A program made the position numbers and the translations under genes. A stretch of 62,364 bases of DNA, filler included. It is 11 parts of 11 records of this genome, joined end to end, with 100 filler letters (N's around TTAATTAATTAA, not from the genome) between each part and the next. Parts side by side here need not be neighbours in the genome. Positions count along the whole stretch, not along the records: positions 8,659 to 19,495 come from SRR7504441_8099; positions 19,596 to 24,114 come from SRR7504441_8101; 9 more parts are not named here. One strand, given 5' to 3'. This document shows positions 11,124 to 22,367 of the stretch, one piece after another (position 1 is the first letter of the stretch; each line of letters opens with the position of its first letter). The notes beneath the pieces are model-generated. The model was not told where the DNA came from. It ran no database searches and saw only the letters and a program-made list of their open reading frames with translations.

Positions 11124-11682
11124 TCATCCAGTCGAACCGTCCACCCCATTGTACGCGCCATCGCCCCGGAGTGCGAAGGCGCCCAGGCCCTTCCCAGGCC
11201 TTCCCCTGCTACAGCACGTACGCCCCACCGGGCGGATTGCCAGCCGCGGCCTGCCTGAACTTCTCCAGCATGGACGCCCGGAAGTTGTCTTTACGTTGCA
11301 GCTGATCGGCGCTGCTCGTGGGCGGCCCGTCCACGCGCTGCCCAGCCCACTTTTTAAATCGCTGATGGCCTGGGTTTTACCTTTAGGCTCAGCATTTCGC
11401 GCTGGGCTAGATCTCGCTCGGCCTCGGCCTCGGCCAGCTGCCCCCGCCATGCCCGCTGGCCCGGCCCACTGTGCACCTCCTCCCTGAGCCGTCGGTTCTC
11501 ACCTGCCCTGCTGTCGGTCGCCGGCAGACACAGGGCCACGCACCGGCGAGCTTCTTGTTCTTCTCGGTCATTTGAACCAGCTTCTGCGCCCCGCGGTGGG
11601 CTGTGAGCCGGCTGGCCGGCGCCTGTTGAGCCTCGAACAGGTCCTGGTTGATGCTCTTGATGATCTCGGCGCTGTCCGCCAT
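11124..11682 (-). CDS. Small coiled-coil hypothetical protein, 5 introns
   Basis: MADSAEIIKSINQDLFEAQQ|KLVQMTEKNKKLA|GENRRLREE|LAEAEAERDLAQREMLSLK|RVDG... joined by 39-46 nt GT/GC-AG introns. Confidence 0.6.
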
Positions 11683-11774
11683 CGCCTTCCGGGCGCACAA
11701 CCGCGCAATGTGACCGCCTGACCGGCGGCCTCGAAAACTGAACGACAGATCTGCACTGCAGTGCTCTCTCTCAC

Positions 11775-13198
11775 ATGGGTTGCACCCTAGCCACGGAGGT
11801 CTGGAGACCCCGCCGGCCGCCAGCCAGCCGTCGGCGGGCAGGACGGGGAGTCCACCGATCCGCTCGACAACTCGTACGACGCGGCGGCCGGCGGAGTGCG
11901 GGCGAGCAAGTACCCGTGCGAGCCTGACTGGGACTGGAGCGACTGGGGCTGCACCCGCCCGGACTTCGTGCAGGCCTGGCAGCGGGCCGACGTGCCCGAG
12001 ATGGTCCGGATCGCCACCGGGGACCACTCGGACCAAGCGCGCATCCCGCCGGACGGGGCCGGTGCCGCCTGGGCCGGCTGCCTGCGAGGCCAGTGCCAGA
12101 GTGCTGCCGGGATGCGCTAGAGGCGCTGGTGGAGAACGCGCTCTCCAACGGTAATCTGGAGGTGCGCCCGGCCGGGGCCGGGGCTCACACGGGTCCAGTT
12201 CCAGCAGCTGCTCGGCCGACCGCCCAAGGAAGTAGATCCAAAGGAGGACCTGGCGTGCCGGATGGTCCAGGCGCTCATGCAGGCAGGCGTCTCACCCGAC
12301 ATCCAGAACGTGCCCCCGAGCCTGCTCCGGATGCGTGAGGCTGGGAGTGCAGGACGACACTGGTCAGACAGCGCTCATGCGGCTGTGTGGAACGCCAATC
12401 GGCTCTCGGCACGCTGCGGAGGTATGTGCATGGCTCGAGGGCCCAGGCGAGCCAATACAGATCATTGGGACTCGGCTCCGACTGGCGCGGCTGTTGCTGC
12501 AGCTCGGCGCTAAAGTCAACAAGACTGACGACGTGAGTGTATCCGTGGGGGGGCGCGAGCAGGCTAGCAGGAGGGCCACACTGCGCTGCACCACCTGTGC
12601 AGCACCAGGAGCACGCCGTGCCCGGGCAAGAGCTACGCGGCGGTGGAGGAGCCGTTGCTGCGGGCGCTGGTGGAGAGCGGGTCCGAGCCGGACTGGCAGA
12701 GCAAGCAGGTGGGGCCTGGCTGGGCGAATTGAGCGAGAGGCAGCATGGGATCACCCCACTCATGTACGCGGTGAGCGTGGACAACGGAACTCAGGACAAG
12801 CATCAGTTGGATAGGGTGCGATGCCTGATTGCGTGCGGCGCGAGCGTCAACCAATCAGCCAAGCCGGCCGCGGTGCCCTGGCAGCTGCTCAGCCGGCTAA
12901 GTGAGGGCAGGGCGGATGCTCTCCACTGATCCTGGCGGCGCTTCAGCGCAAGTGCGGCCGGGATCTGGAGGACCAAGACGACCCTTTCAAGCGAGTCAAA
13001 GCACACGCCGAGCCCGAGTTGGTGGCCGAGCTAGTGCGGGCCGGTGCGGCGGTCGAGGAGACAGCCGCGGTCAAGATCGGCAGCTTCGAGACGAGCTTCC
13101 CTTGGCCGAGGGACATTGAGGATCCCGCTGTGGTGGAGATGCTTGGGCTGCCTGCCGAGGACAAAGCTCGGCTGTGGGGCAAGTACCACGGCGAGTAG
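11775..13198 (+). CDS. Ankyrin-repeat protein with MGC N-terminal acylation motif, multi-intron
   Basis: Starts MGCTLATE; ankyrin-like segments GVSPDIQ/DDTGQTALMRLC, LLLQLGAKVNKTD, HGITPLMYAV, CLIACGASVNQ. Confidence 0.75.
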
Positions 13199-13462
13199 CC
13201 ATTGAAGCTCGTCACGAGACTGCTCAAGCCTAACATTATATCGCGATATCGCCTGTAGGCTACACTTGTAAATGCACTGATTCATGAATCTAGAGACTTC
13301 AATCGTAGGTACAACATTCAAAAATCGATCGGCTACTCAACGTACATGTACGTACTTACTCGTAGTACATACTGTACATATGATGTGGAGGGAGAATTCC
13401 GTTAGATCTCGCGGGCTCTCCGTCTCTCATCACTGGATTGCTGGAACTGACTGGGCGGGGAG

Positions 13463-16400
13463 ATGGAGCAGCCGCCCGTGGGCGATCCGCCGGAGCGGAA
13501 CAGGGCCCAGAGGCAGGCCATTATGAAACGGAACGAGCCAGTGCCCTGGCGGGCTCGACTCAGGGCAAAACCGCACGGGGATGGCTGCGCCAGATTGGAA
13601 TACAAGGCAGGGGAGCATCCATATGAGCGGCAAGTGCAAGCGACCGACAGCCTCGCCTGGCAGCCCGCTGGCCCGCACCCGGGCGGAGAGCCTCAGCGGC
13701 GTTGGGTGGACTCCGCGGAGAACGTGGCGGCGATGATTGACCAACTGCGGGAGGCGGATCAACTGGCCCTGGATCTCGAGTTTGACTCCTCCAGCGCGCT
13801 CACCCGCGGGAGCTACCTCGGCCGCACTTGCTTGATGCAGATTGGGACTGTTCAGCAAGTGTTCCTTGTGGATACGCTGGCCGAAGGGGTGGCGGACGCG
13901 CTCGAGGATCTGAACAGTGTGACGACCGACCCCAAGATCCTCAAAGTCACCCGAGCGGCGGGGGCCGGGCGACTGGCGGCAGGTTGTGCACGGGAACGAC
14001 GACTATCCGTTCCTGCAGCGCGACTTTAATGTGTTTGTGGTAAACAATTTCGATACGCAGGCTGCAGGTGACTGGTGGCCGTAATCTTGGGCTGTGAGTG
14101 GTCAGTGCAGCTTGCGAGGTCGGCGAAGTCTTGAACCTGGCTGGACTGTCTGAGAAGCTGATGGGTATCAAGCTAGACAAGAGTCTCACCACAGAGGCCG
14201 CTGCCAGCGCCTGCAATAGTGCTGAGCCGGTGGCAGGACTGGACCCAGAGACCGCTCCCTCCTAAAATGCTAGACTATGCCTACCACGATGTGGCACACT
14301 TGCTACAAATAAAGGACAAGCTACGAGACCTCCTCCTAGAGGTAGCTGAGCAGAAGAGTTCGAGTGGCAAACTGACGGAGACCCGGACCAAGCATCAGTT
14401 CTTTGTGTCTCGGTGTCATAATATTGCACTGAAAGTCTACAAAGATTTCAAAAAGGAGCCACTCCCAAGCCCGCCCTGGACCCTGAGCAATCCGCCCTGG
14501 GGCGCCGCTAACTTTGGCGACAAGAGCTTCGTGAACGCATGGAAGCAATTGAAGAAACTCCCCACTGCGCCCCCACTTGAAACTCTGGCAGAGCTCTACT
14601 TGCACCGCGACAAGTACGCCCGAGTTCTGGACTGGCATGGACAGCGGGTTATGAAAGACTGGACGCTAATCAAGATAGCCCAGAGTGCGGGCGACCTCGA
14701 TGCTGCACTCAAAGCCTTCAAACAGCAAGCGCCGTCAATTGATCTGGCTAGCGTCGAGGCACCTGAGCAAAATGCCACGGTTGATCCCTCGATCGACTCC
14801 CCCTCAGCTGCCCCGGGCGAAGGAAATTGCCTGCCTCGCGCCGAGACACCTAAGCAGGATCCTGCCATCGATGCGCCAAGGGAATCATCTCCAGCTGCTC
14901 CAGCTAAAGGCAATAAAACACAAATGTCTGAGCTCAAGCGGACTCAAGTCCCTCACGAGCAGGCCGTGAACACTACTGTGGAAGACAGGAATAGCAACAA
15001 GAAAGTGGCTGAAGAGATGGGACAGTGGGAATGTTTCTGCCCCACAGAGAACTGCAAGCAGAGGCTTCTAAACGCCGAGCAGACAGAGGACATCTGTCTT
15101 ATAGAGAGCTCTTCTAATTGGGAACTCACAACCACCACTGAATTTAGTCAAGATGGCAATCACGGCTTAGCGTCCAAGCAGAAACAGAAACAGAAGAAGA
15201 AGAAGACGCTTGGGATCGTATGCCGTAGCTGTGGAGTCGATGTAGGCGTGTCAGAGCCAGGTCGTAGTGGGCACTTCACTCCGATCTTCAAGTGTGGCAA
15301 GACCAAGCCATCCCAGCACGTCCGCTTCAAGAGACCAAATGGTGACGGTGATGATGGCATGAAGGCAAAAGAATGGAAAGAGAAATACGAAGTCGAGCTG
15401 AAGCGGCGCGGTGCTGGCCGGTTACGAAAGAGACACAAGGCTGCGGCTGCGTTCCAGCCACACACAGTGATGGTGCGGGTGGACTTGCCTCTAAACGCTC
15501 CTTGTCCTGGTGAGACTTTGCCACAGCTTGGTATGGATGAATGGTTCAGTAGGTCACGGACTACAGAACGGAGCTGGCTTGGTCTTGCCCACTGCACTGA
15601 CAGTGACAGGTACGGCATAGTACAGCGGGAGCTAGGTAAGACAGAACCACGGGTGCGGCGGTCATCGCAGTGCTGTTATTGGCGTGTATATGCTATCTCG
15701 ATTGATGGCGTGCCATTGGTATTGTTGGTCCCAGGCTCAAGTTACATTTATGAGCCCCATGGACTGTTGCCACGAGGTGTTATGGAGGAAGATGAACAGT
15801 TTCGTAAATTGCAACCTCGCATATACGCCTTCATGGACACGATATTCAAGCTGCGAGGGTTTTTAATGCCCTCCGACGACAAGAGATGGCAAAAGCGAGC
15901 GATATTGCTACCGTGCAGTGAGCCGTTCTCTGCGTCACTCTGGTATGAAGATCAAACAAAATACCTTTGGAGTGGAAAACTTTTGGAAAAATTGGTTGAG
16001 TATTGCGAGGGCCTGTGGGATAGAGATGCTTCAGCCGAACCCTATGGGCGTATCGTTCAGTCCATATACAAGGATCGATACATACATATGTGCATGAGGG
16101 AGGACATGACACCAGAAAGCACCTTTTCAAAATCTGATAGTCAAGATAACTTATCTGATAATCAAGATATAAGTTATCTTGATTATCACAACCAGAAATT
16201 GAAAGATAAAGGGCTGTCAGCAGTTGTGACAGATTCTAAGCAGCCGATGTGGCAAGTATCTGGGCCAGTCAAGCGATATCACACTGACACTGGCACGTTT
16301 TTGATACCTTCAATCACTATGGTGCTCAAAATGCGGACCGAGGTGGTGGATGCAATCCATTCGGCCGTATCCAAAGTTTTAGCTGCAGGCATTAGCACCC

Positions 16401-17819
16401 TCTCTGTGGCGCTCACTCCAAATGGTGAAAAATATCTAATGTCTCAAAAGCGGTCGGAGTGGAAACTTGGTCTCAAAAACCTTCGAAAAGATCTGCCAGT
16501 TTTGGAGCGAATAGAGGCCGCCAAGCTCCAAGAAGCGCTCTCGTTTACATCTTACAGGGAAGAAGCGTATCACAACTACGATAGACTTGAGTTTCTCGGG
16601 GATAAGGTTACCTGTCCTCAAACTTCTCTTGGATGAGGTGTGTGATACAGGTACTCGAGGTTGTGGCACGTGCGTATGTCCTGCACGCAAAGCCGGCAAG
16701 CTTGATTCATGAGAAATGCAACAATATAATCACGGGACACCAGCAACTTGTCTTACCTAAAGACAATGCAGGGAGTTGTTGGATCTGCAGTCGCAAGCGC
16801 AAATCACTAGTCTCTAACAAAGATGACGACAGTAAGTTGCTACGGGCCTCCAAAAAGCATCGTTTGTATGAAGTCTACACATGGAATGGGACTCATACCG
16901 AACATTGCAAGGCATGTAAAACGGATTTGTTCGTCGACTAATTTTCATTAGGTGAAGTTTAAACCCAAATCATCAGAGCCGAACCCGAAGGCACCCTCCT
17001 AGTTGTTGGCCACGATCCAAAGCTACTGGCAGGTCCACGCAGATCTACTCGAGGCTATCATAGGTGCTGCATTCATGTCTGGTAGTAGTCGGCTCGAGGG
17101 CTGGTCTCTTGCTGTGGAACTTTGCCAGGCTTTATTTCAGATGGACGACGGTACTATCTAGACCGATGCATAGCCATTAAGGACATTGCCATAGGCGAGA
17201 GATGGGCGGCGCTTCGGCAGCAGATCTGTCGTGGTAGTGATGAAGGCGGCACCCCGGATCTTGGCACATGCTTCACTGATTGGTGCAGCCACCTTGAGGC
17301 GCAGGTCTTACCCCTATTCTTTGCAATCAAACGACCTGATGAGCCACACAGGGCGAAGAAGAGCGCGTCATGCAGATCGAGCAGCGTAACTTTTTGGGAG
17401 ATTCCATCATAGCTTTAGCGACAGCATTACAGGCACTGCCATCCGGCTGCTGTGTACTTACAGCTCAGCAGGTTTTTGAGAACAGCGAGTGCAGAGATGC
17501 CAAGGCCATGCACGAGGCGCACATCCGCATTGCATGTCGTACCCACGTCTTACAGTGGGTGCCACACTCGGGCTGGTGCTCTAAAGCTGGGTGGTGCAGG
17601 TGTTGCGATGCCGTCAAAGTGGATGACTGGATAGAAGCGAGTTCGTTAGGTCAGATGGAGGACCTGCGGGACCCGCACATTGAGGCAATCGAAAGCTTGA
17701 GGTGTGCTGTGGTTCGAGGAACCCTGGCACACATTCTAGTTGAGCAGGACTCGGGAGGGATTGCTCTAGCTTTGCAGAACACACGACAATTTCTCTCCTC
17801 GCAGCCTGATGTTGCATGA
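13463..17819 (+). CDS. Dicer-like protein with unusual architecture: Rrp6-type DEDDy exonuclease + HRDC + RIG-I-like C-terminal Zn domain + PAZ + RNase IIIa + RNase IIIb; no helicase or dsRBD seen
   Basis: Exonuclease motifs HPYE, LALDLEF, TCLMQIGT, K|VVHGNDDYPFLQRDF, FDTQ, DWTQRPL..YAYHD. HRDC-like LYLHRDKYARVLD..VMKDWTLIKIA. CPTENC...CRSCGVDVG. PAZ-like TPESTF..ISYLDYHNQK..DSKQPM..FLIPS. RNase IIIa NYDRLEFLGDK|VL..SLVSN..K|VHADLLEAIIGA; RNase IIIb EQRNFLGDSII. Inferred introns 13946-13982, 14068-14110, 14197-14236, 16607-16650, 16912-16951, 16991-17032, 17151-17194, 17305-17351, plus likely in-frame ones. Confidence 0.88.
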
Positions 17820-18172
17820 GCTTGAAAGGGTTCCAATGAACTTACTCGCATTTGAAAGTTTCAGCAAGGAAAAGTAATAGTAAGGAAAATCAATAGACTG
17901 ATTGCTTATACGTGTGTAGCACGCATGCAAAGCACTGAAGAAGTGATGCGTCGAGTACTCGAAGTACTTAGTTGTCTACAGGTAATATTACAATAGACTG
18001 CATGCGCAAGAGATACAAGTATGATTGTAGGCCCCAGCTTGAGCTAGGATCTACTGATCCTGATCACAGTTCACTGAAAGTGTCGTTGAGCACCGTGAAC
18101 CTGGGTGCATGAGGCCTGCTGCTGGCGGGCACTGTGCGCTACCGCCTGGGAGGTAGCGCCGCGGGTGCAGAG

Positions 18173-18906
18173 ATGCCACCATGGGCCACATTGCACCTCA
18201 GCGTGGACTGGGCCGCCAGCCAGCCCAAGCGGTCGGGCGGGTGCCTGTTTGGCTGCTCCGGCGCGGACGCAGCAGTCTACGAGGTGAAAGTCACGCTCGG
18301 CGCGCACTGCTGGACGCTCAAGAAGCGGCTGTCCGAGTTCCAGACACTGGAGTCCAAACTGCACGCCGCGCTGCTCGCTAAGGTCCACCTCCTGCTCCTG
18401 GCCGGTCAGCGGGAGCACAGGTGGATCCAGCCGAGGCCGAGCAGCTGCGGGGCGGCATGCCCGTGCTGCCACCCAGCCGCCCGTTCTGGCGCGGGGAGCG
18501 GACGGCTGAGGAGCAGCGCCAGGCGGCAGCGAGCCTGCAAAAGTACTTATCCGATGTGATCGGAATGGAGCGTCGGGCTGTGTTGCCCATGTTTCATGAC
18601 CCTCTGTCGGTGTTCCTCAACATCGAGCATGAGGTAGCAGTCAACGGCGCGGGGTTATCCCCGGAGCGCACACGACACGAGACCGCCCAGCTTGTTATCG
18701 AGAAGGAGGCGTACCAGCAGCTGTCTCATGAGCTCGAGCGGCAACGGGCAGAAAGCAGTTTTGAGGAGGCCAGGAACAAGGCTCAACTACTAGCGCAATT
18801 AGAAATGCTACAGGGCGAGGTTGATGCAGCGCAGGACCACATCAACACTGTCATCTCTGAGGCCAGCCCAGCAGCTCCGCCACACGGCAAGCCGACTGTA
18901 CCCTAA
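18173..18906 (+). CDS. PX (phox homology) domain protein with C-terminal coiled coil
   Basis: VYEVKVTLGAHCWTLKKRLSEFQTLESKL|..MPVLPPSRPF..EEQRQAAASLQKYL..VFL; intron 18383-18420. Confidence 0.75.
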
Positions 18907-19378
18907 TTGCTCAGTACCGTATTGGGTGGAGCTGGTGGTTCTTGGACGTGCACATGGATATGTATTTTTAATGTATTGTTAATGTCCTCACTGTGTATAC
19001 ACTTTGAATGATTGCTCACTATGTATACCTAAAGTAACTTAAAAGGTACAGTCTACAATTTCTTATTAAAGCAGGCATGCGGTCCTAAGGAGCCCCAGCC
19101 GCCCCAAATCACAAATGCAGACACGATACAATCATGATTGTACTAATAGATCTTGCAATTGCATATTGTCGTACATGTAAGACTTAGTAACATTACCAGT
19201 AGATCTCCCGTTCGAGCGGATATTAACAACACGGAGCCAGATCCTACCTAAATCCTAGGCATGTAGGTGCCATGCTCGTAGAATAGTCTAGGGCCTGGCA
19301 GCCTCGGGTCACGATGCAGGCCGTATTGCGGAGCCGGAGCCGTAACGAACGATTGCGGCTGCCACAACTCAGGTGAGA

Positions 19379-19495
19379 TCACTTTGTCGGGCTGTGCACC
19401 TGTTGCATGGCATCTGGTATGCCGTCGAAGTTTCGATCCACGCCACTGACAAGATAGTCGGGCCTGCCGTCACCATCCACGTCCACAGCCACAGT
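19379..19495 (-). CDS. C-terminal fragment of a protein with DxDxDG Ca2+-binding-type repeats (5' part lost at spacer)
   Basis: Reads TVAVDVDGDGRPDYLVSGVDRNFDGIPDAMQQVHSPTK*. Confidence 0.55.
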   Translation of the reverse strand, partial: TVAVDVDGDGRPDYLVSGVDRNFDGIPDAMQQVHSPTK

Positions 19496-19595
19496 NNNNN
19501 NNNNNNNNNNNNNNNNNNNNNNNNNNNNNNNNNNNNNNNTTAATTAATTAANNNNNNNNNNNNNNNNNNNNNNNNNNNNNNNNNNNNNNNNNNNN
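19496..19595. other. Artificial contig spacer
   Basis: 44 N + TTAATTAATTAA + 44 N. Confidence 0.98.
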
Positions 19596-19599
19596 TCTA

Positions 19600-20991
19600 C
19601 TACGAGAACTGCATGTACAAGACCTGATTGTCGAACCCATCCAACACGAGCAGCCGGCCGTCAAAGAAAACCGAACTGGCATACATCCTCAGCCCTTGAA
19701 AACACACTTGTTTCGCCGGTTGCTCGCCCTCGGGTTCGAAGCTAAAGGCCTCGGCGCTCCAGGCTCCGCCCAGGCCTGCGCTTATAAGCATCCTGCCATC
19801 TCGGCCTATCGTCACACACTTGTGGCCGTCAGCTCTGACACTGACAACTTCCGCCCCGTGCATCGGCCAGCATTGCATCACATGCTCTTCACCCAGCTTC
19901 CGTTGCTCAGTCCCGAGCACAAAGTAGCCCACATCGCCGTTACGGAACCCCGCCACCAGCTGTCGCGCCCTGGCGTGGTAGTATACGGCCCTGGCGCCAA
20001 ACTTGTAAAGACGCGGGTGCGGCGGAGGAGGTGGAGAGCCCACACTCGCGTCACCCCGCACCTGCCGGACTGGCTGGGACTGGACTGAAGCCATGCTCTG
20101 CTCGGAGACCGGCCACAGACGCAGCACGCCGTCAGCATGACCAGACCAAAGTCCTCCGCTAACATCATCTGCAAGGCACCAGACAGCAGCTTCGCATACT
20201 GCTAGCTCGGACGACACCACCTGCCGCTCTCGCCAGCCCGTCAGCCGATGGACTCGAATCACGCCGTCGTCGGACCCGGTGAACCCTAGATCGTCCCACA
20301 CTACAATCGCTCTCACGCTGAATGCTGGATGCTCCTCCAGCACCAGAGGCTCTTCTTCCCACGCAGTGGGCACATCCAGGGACAATGACGACGACTGTTC
20401 CACGGGCTTGGGCAACCACAGTCTGACTGTTCCATCGGTCGGCGGACGGTTGTAATGTGAGGGGCAGCCGCCGCCCGACAGGATCATCCCCCCGTGTATC
20501 GCCACCGCTATCGTCTCATCCGCATGCCCGAGTCCAGCTGTTCCCGAACCGCCCACGGTGGCAGCCCCAGGCTGGTCCGGGGACCCATCCGAGTATCCAA
20601 CTGCGAAGCAGGCGACCGACCCGTCAAACAGCCCGAGCGCCGTGAAGTGTGGCCCTACCCGGACCGCCCGCACGTACGAGGCGGCTGGGACCAGGAACTG
20701 GTCCGGCTGCTCGATCTGGTCAGCAGTCAGCGGCCAGGCCAGGCGCATCCGGGCGTCCTCCGCGTGCAGAGTCGCATAGTTCACCACCGGGCAGGCAGCC
20801 GGGCTGCGCGCCAGTGGGAACCTTCCGGCGAGCAGCCGCCGCCAGAGGGCAGGGTCCCGGGCCCCCGCCCGCCAAGGGGTGCTGACCTCGCTGCACCGGA
20901 GCAGTGCCGGCACCGCCCGAGCCCCGAGCCGGCTCAGCACCCGCCGGAGCAGCTCCTCAGACAGCGCGCCGAGGCCGTCCGGCGCTGCCAT
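19600..20991 (-). CDS. F-box / WD40-repeat protein, apparently intronless
   Basis: F-box LGALSEELLRRVLSRL..CSEVSTPWR..DPALWR; WD-like repeats GHADETIAV..DGTVRLW, FTGSDDGVIRV, WSGHADGVLRLW, HGAEVVSV. Confidence 0.8.
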   Translation of the reverse strand: MAAPDGLGALSEELLRRVLSRLGARAVPALLRCSEVSTPWRAGARDPALWRRLLAGRFPLARSPAACPVVNYATLHAEDARMRLAWPLTADQIEQPDQFLVPAASYVRAVRVGPHFTALGLFDGSVACFAVGYSDGSPDQPGAATVGGSGTAGLGHADETIAVAIHGGMILSGGGCPSHYNRPPTDGTVRLWLPKPVEQSSSLSLDVPTAWEEEPLVLEEHPAFSVRAIVVWDDLGFTGSDDGVIRVHRLTGWRERQVVSSELAVCEAAVWCLADDVSGGLWSGHADGVLRLWPVSEQSMASVQSQPVRQVRGDASVGSPPPPPHPRLYKFGARAVYYHARARQLVAGFRNGDVGYFVLGTEQRKLGEEHVMQCWPMHGAEVVSVRADGHKCVTIGRDGRMLISAGLGGAWSAEAFSFEPEGEQPAKQVCFQGLRMYASSVFFDGRLLVLDGFDNQVLYMQFS

Positions 20992-21048
20992 CTCTGCCCA
21001 AACTGGCAACAGGCCAGCAGCCTGTCAACATGGGCAGCTGATAGATAT

Positions 21049-21704
21049 ATGGACGAGCAGGAGCAGCTGGCCGAGCGGCTCCGGGCGGTGCTGGTCCCGC
21101 TCGACGGTGCGCCCGCGCCCAGCCGGCCTGCTCACCCGTGCCTCCAGACGACAGCCCCACCGCCATGGGCTTGGACCTGTCCAGCCTCGTCGCCGACCAG
21201 CCCGCTATGCAACTCAGCTGCCCTATCCCGGCCAGGCCCCGGCGCGACCACCCCCAGCCACTCACCAGCCGCCCGGCCCGGCCCGCCCGGCTCACCCGCC
21301 GGCCGATCGGCCGCCGGAAGCTGTTCGCGCTGAGCAACGAGCCGTCGGCCCAACTGGCCGGATGCTGGTGGCGGCGGCCCAAACAACCCGAGCTGCCCCC
21401 GCTGCCGCCGGTCCGGGCGCACAAGCTGACCTCAGTGGAGCAACGGCGCCTGCAGGCCCGGCTCTCGTCAACCGGGGCGTGGACTGCGCGCGAGGCCGAG
21501 GAGGGGAGACCCTCCGCTCCCCAGCCCGCGCGGTGGCGGAGTCTCGAGCCGGCCGGGCTGGGGCTGGTCTCTAACGTGAGCCGGCGCCGGGTCGGATTGA
21601 ATCCGTCCGTAGCCAGTGGGCTGTGTGAGACAAGGGCACCCGACCCTGGACGCGGCACGGTGCAGACCTGGCGGATCCATAAGCTGTACGGCACGTTTAG
21701 GTAG
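21049..21704 (+). CDS. Hypothetical protein (at least one intron)
   Basis: MDEQEQLAERLRAVLVPLD joined by a 41-nt GT-AG intron to the 21138-21704 frame; divergent partner of the F-box gene. Confidence 0.45.
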
Positions 21705-21855
21705 CTAGGTCCATAGACTGGACGTGATGGTGTCACCAGCTGTAATGCATACACGGAGTGACGCTTGGTCATCACTCGGCAATTACTTATGAGGCCATAC
21801 GAGCCTTAATTAATGAATATGTTAATATACAAGTGCCCGCAGCTCACGCCCCGGT

Positions 21856-22306
21856 TCAGCCCAGGTAGTCTATACACACCGCGAGGTCCCGGAAGAAGCC
21901 CTGCCCAGCGCTCACCGCCCACCGCACCAGCCGCACCAGCCGCACCGGCCGCGGCACGTGCTGTCTCACAGACGGACCCCGCCAGAGCCGCTCCACCTCC
22001 AGCTCGCGGAGTACCATCTCGTGCCGCCGGCGGTCTCTTGCCGCGGCCCGGCGCTCCTGGCTCAATTGGACCGCCCGCTCGGCCGCGGCCCACTCCCGCC
22101 GCTTATCGTACCACAGTCTGCTCTCGCTCTGGCCGCGGCACATCGCCGGCTGGGGGGGCGGGGCAAGGCACCGGGCTGCGGGAGCGGGAAGTCGGGCTGG
22201 TGGCCCGAAGCCCGGGGGCGGGGTAGGCCGAGGAGGCGCGCAGGTAGTGCTCGCCCCGCCAGTCGGTCACCCACTCCTCCTCTCCCGACAAGAGTCCCCA
22301 GCCCAT
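21856..22306 (-). CDS. Hypothetical Arg-rich protein (probably one intron)
   Basis: MGWGLLSGEEEWVTDWRGEHY.. followed by the 21856-22143 frame (..RRRHEMVLRELEVERLW..). Confidence 0.4.
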
Positions 22307-22367
22307 GCTGACTCTCTCTCTGCCGTGTGTTCGGTTACACAATCTGGCTCCGCTCGGGGGGGAAAGG

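Noticed and set aside
17033-17042. Apparent 10-nt micro-intron giving KLLADLLEA in the Dicer
   Set aside because: A normal 42-nt GC-AG intron (16991-17032) gives KVHADLLEA in frame with the previous exon.
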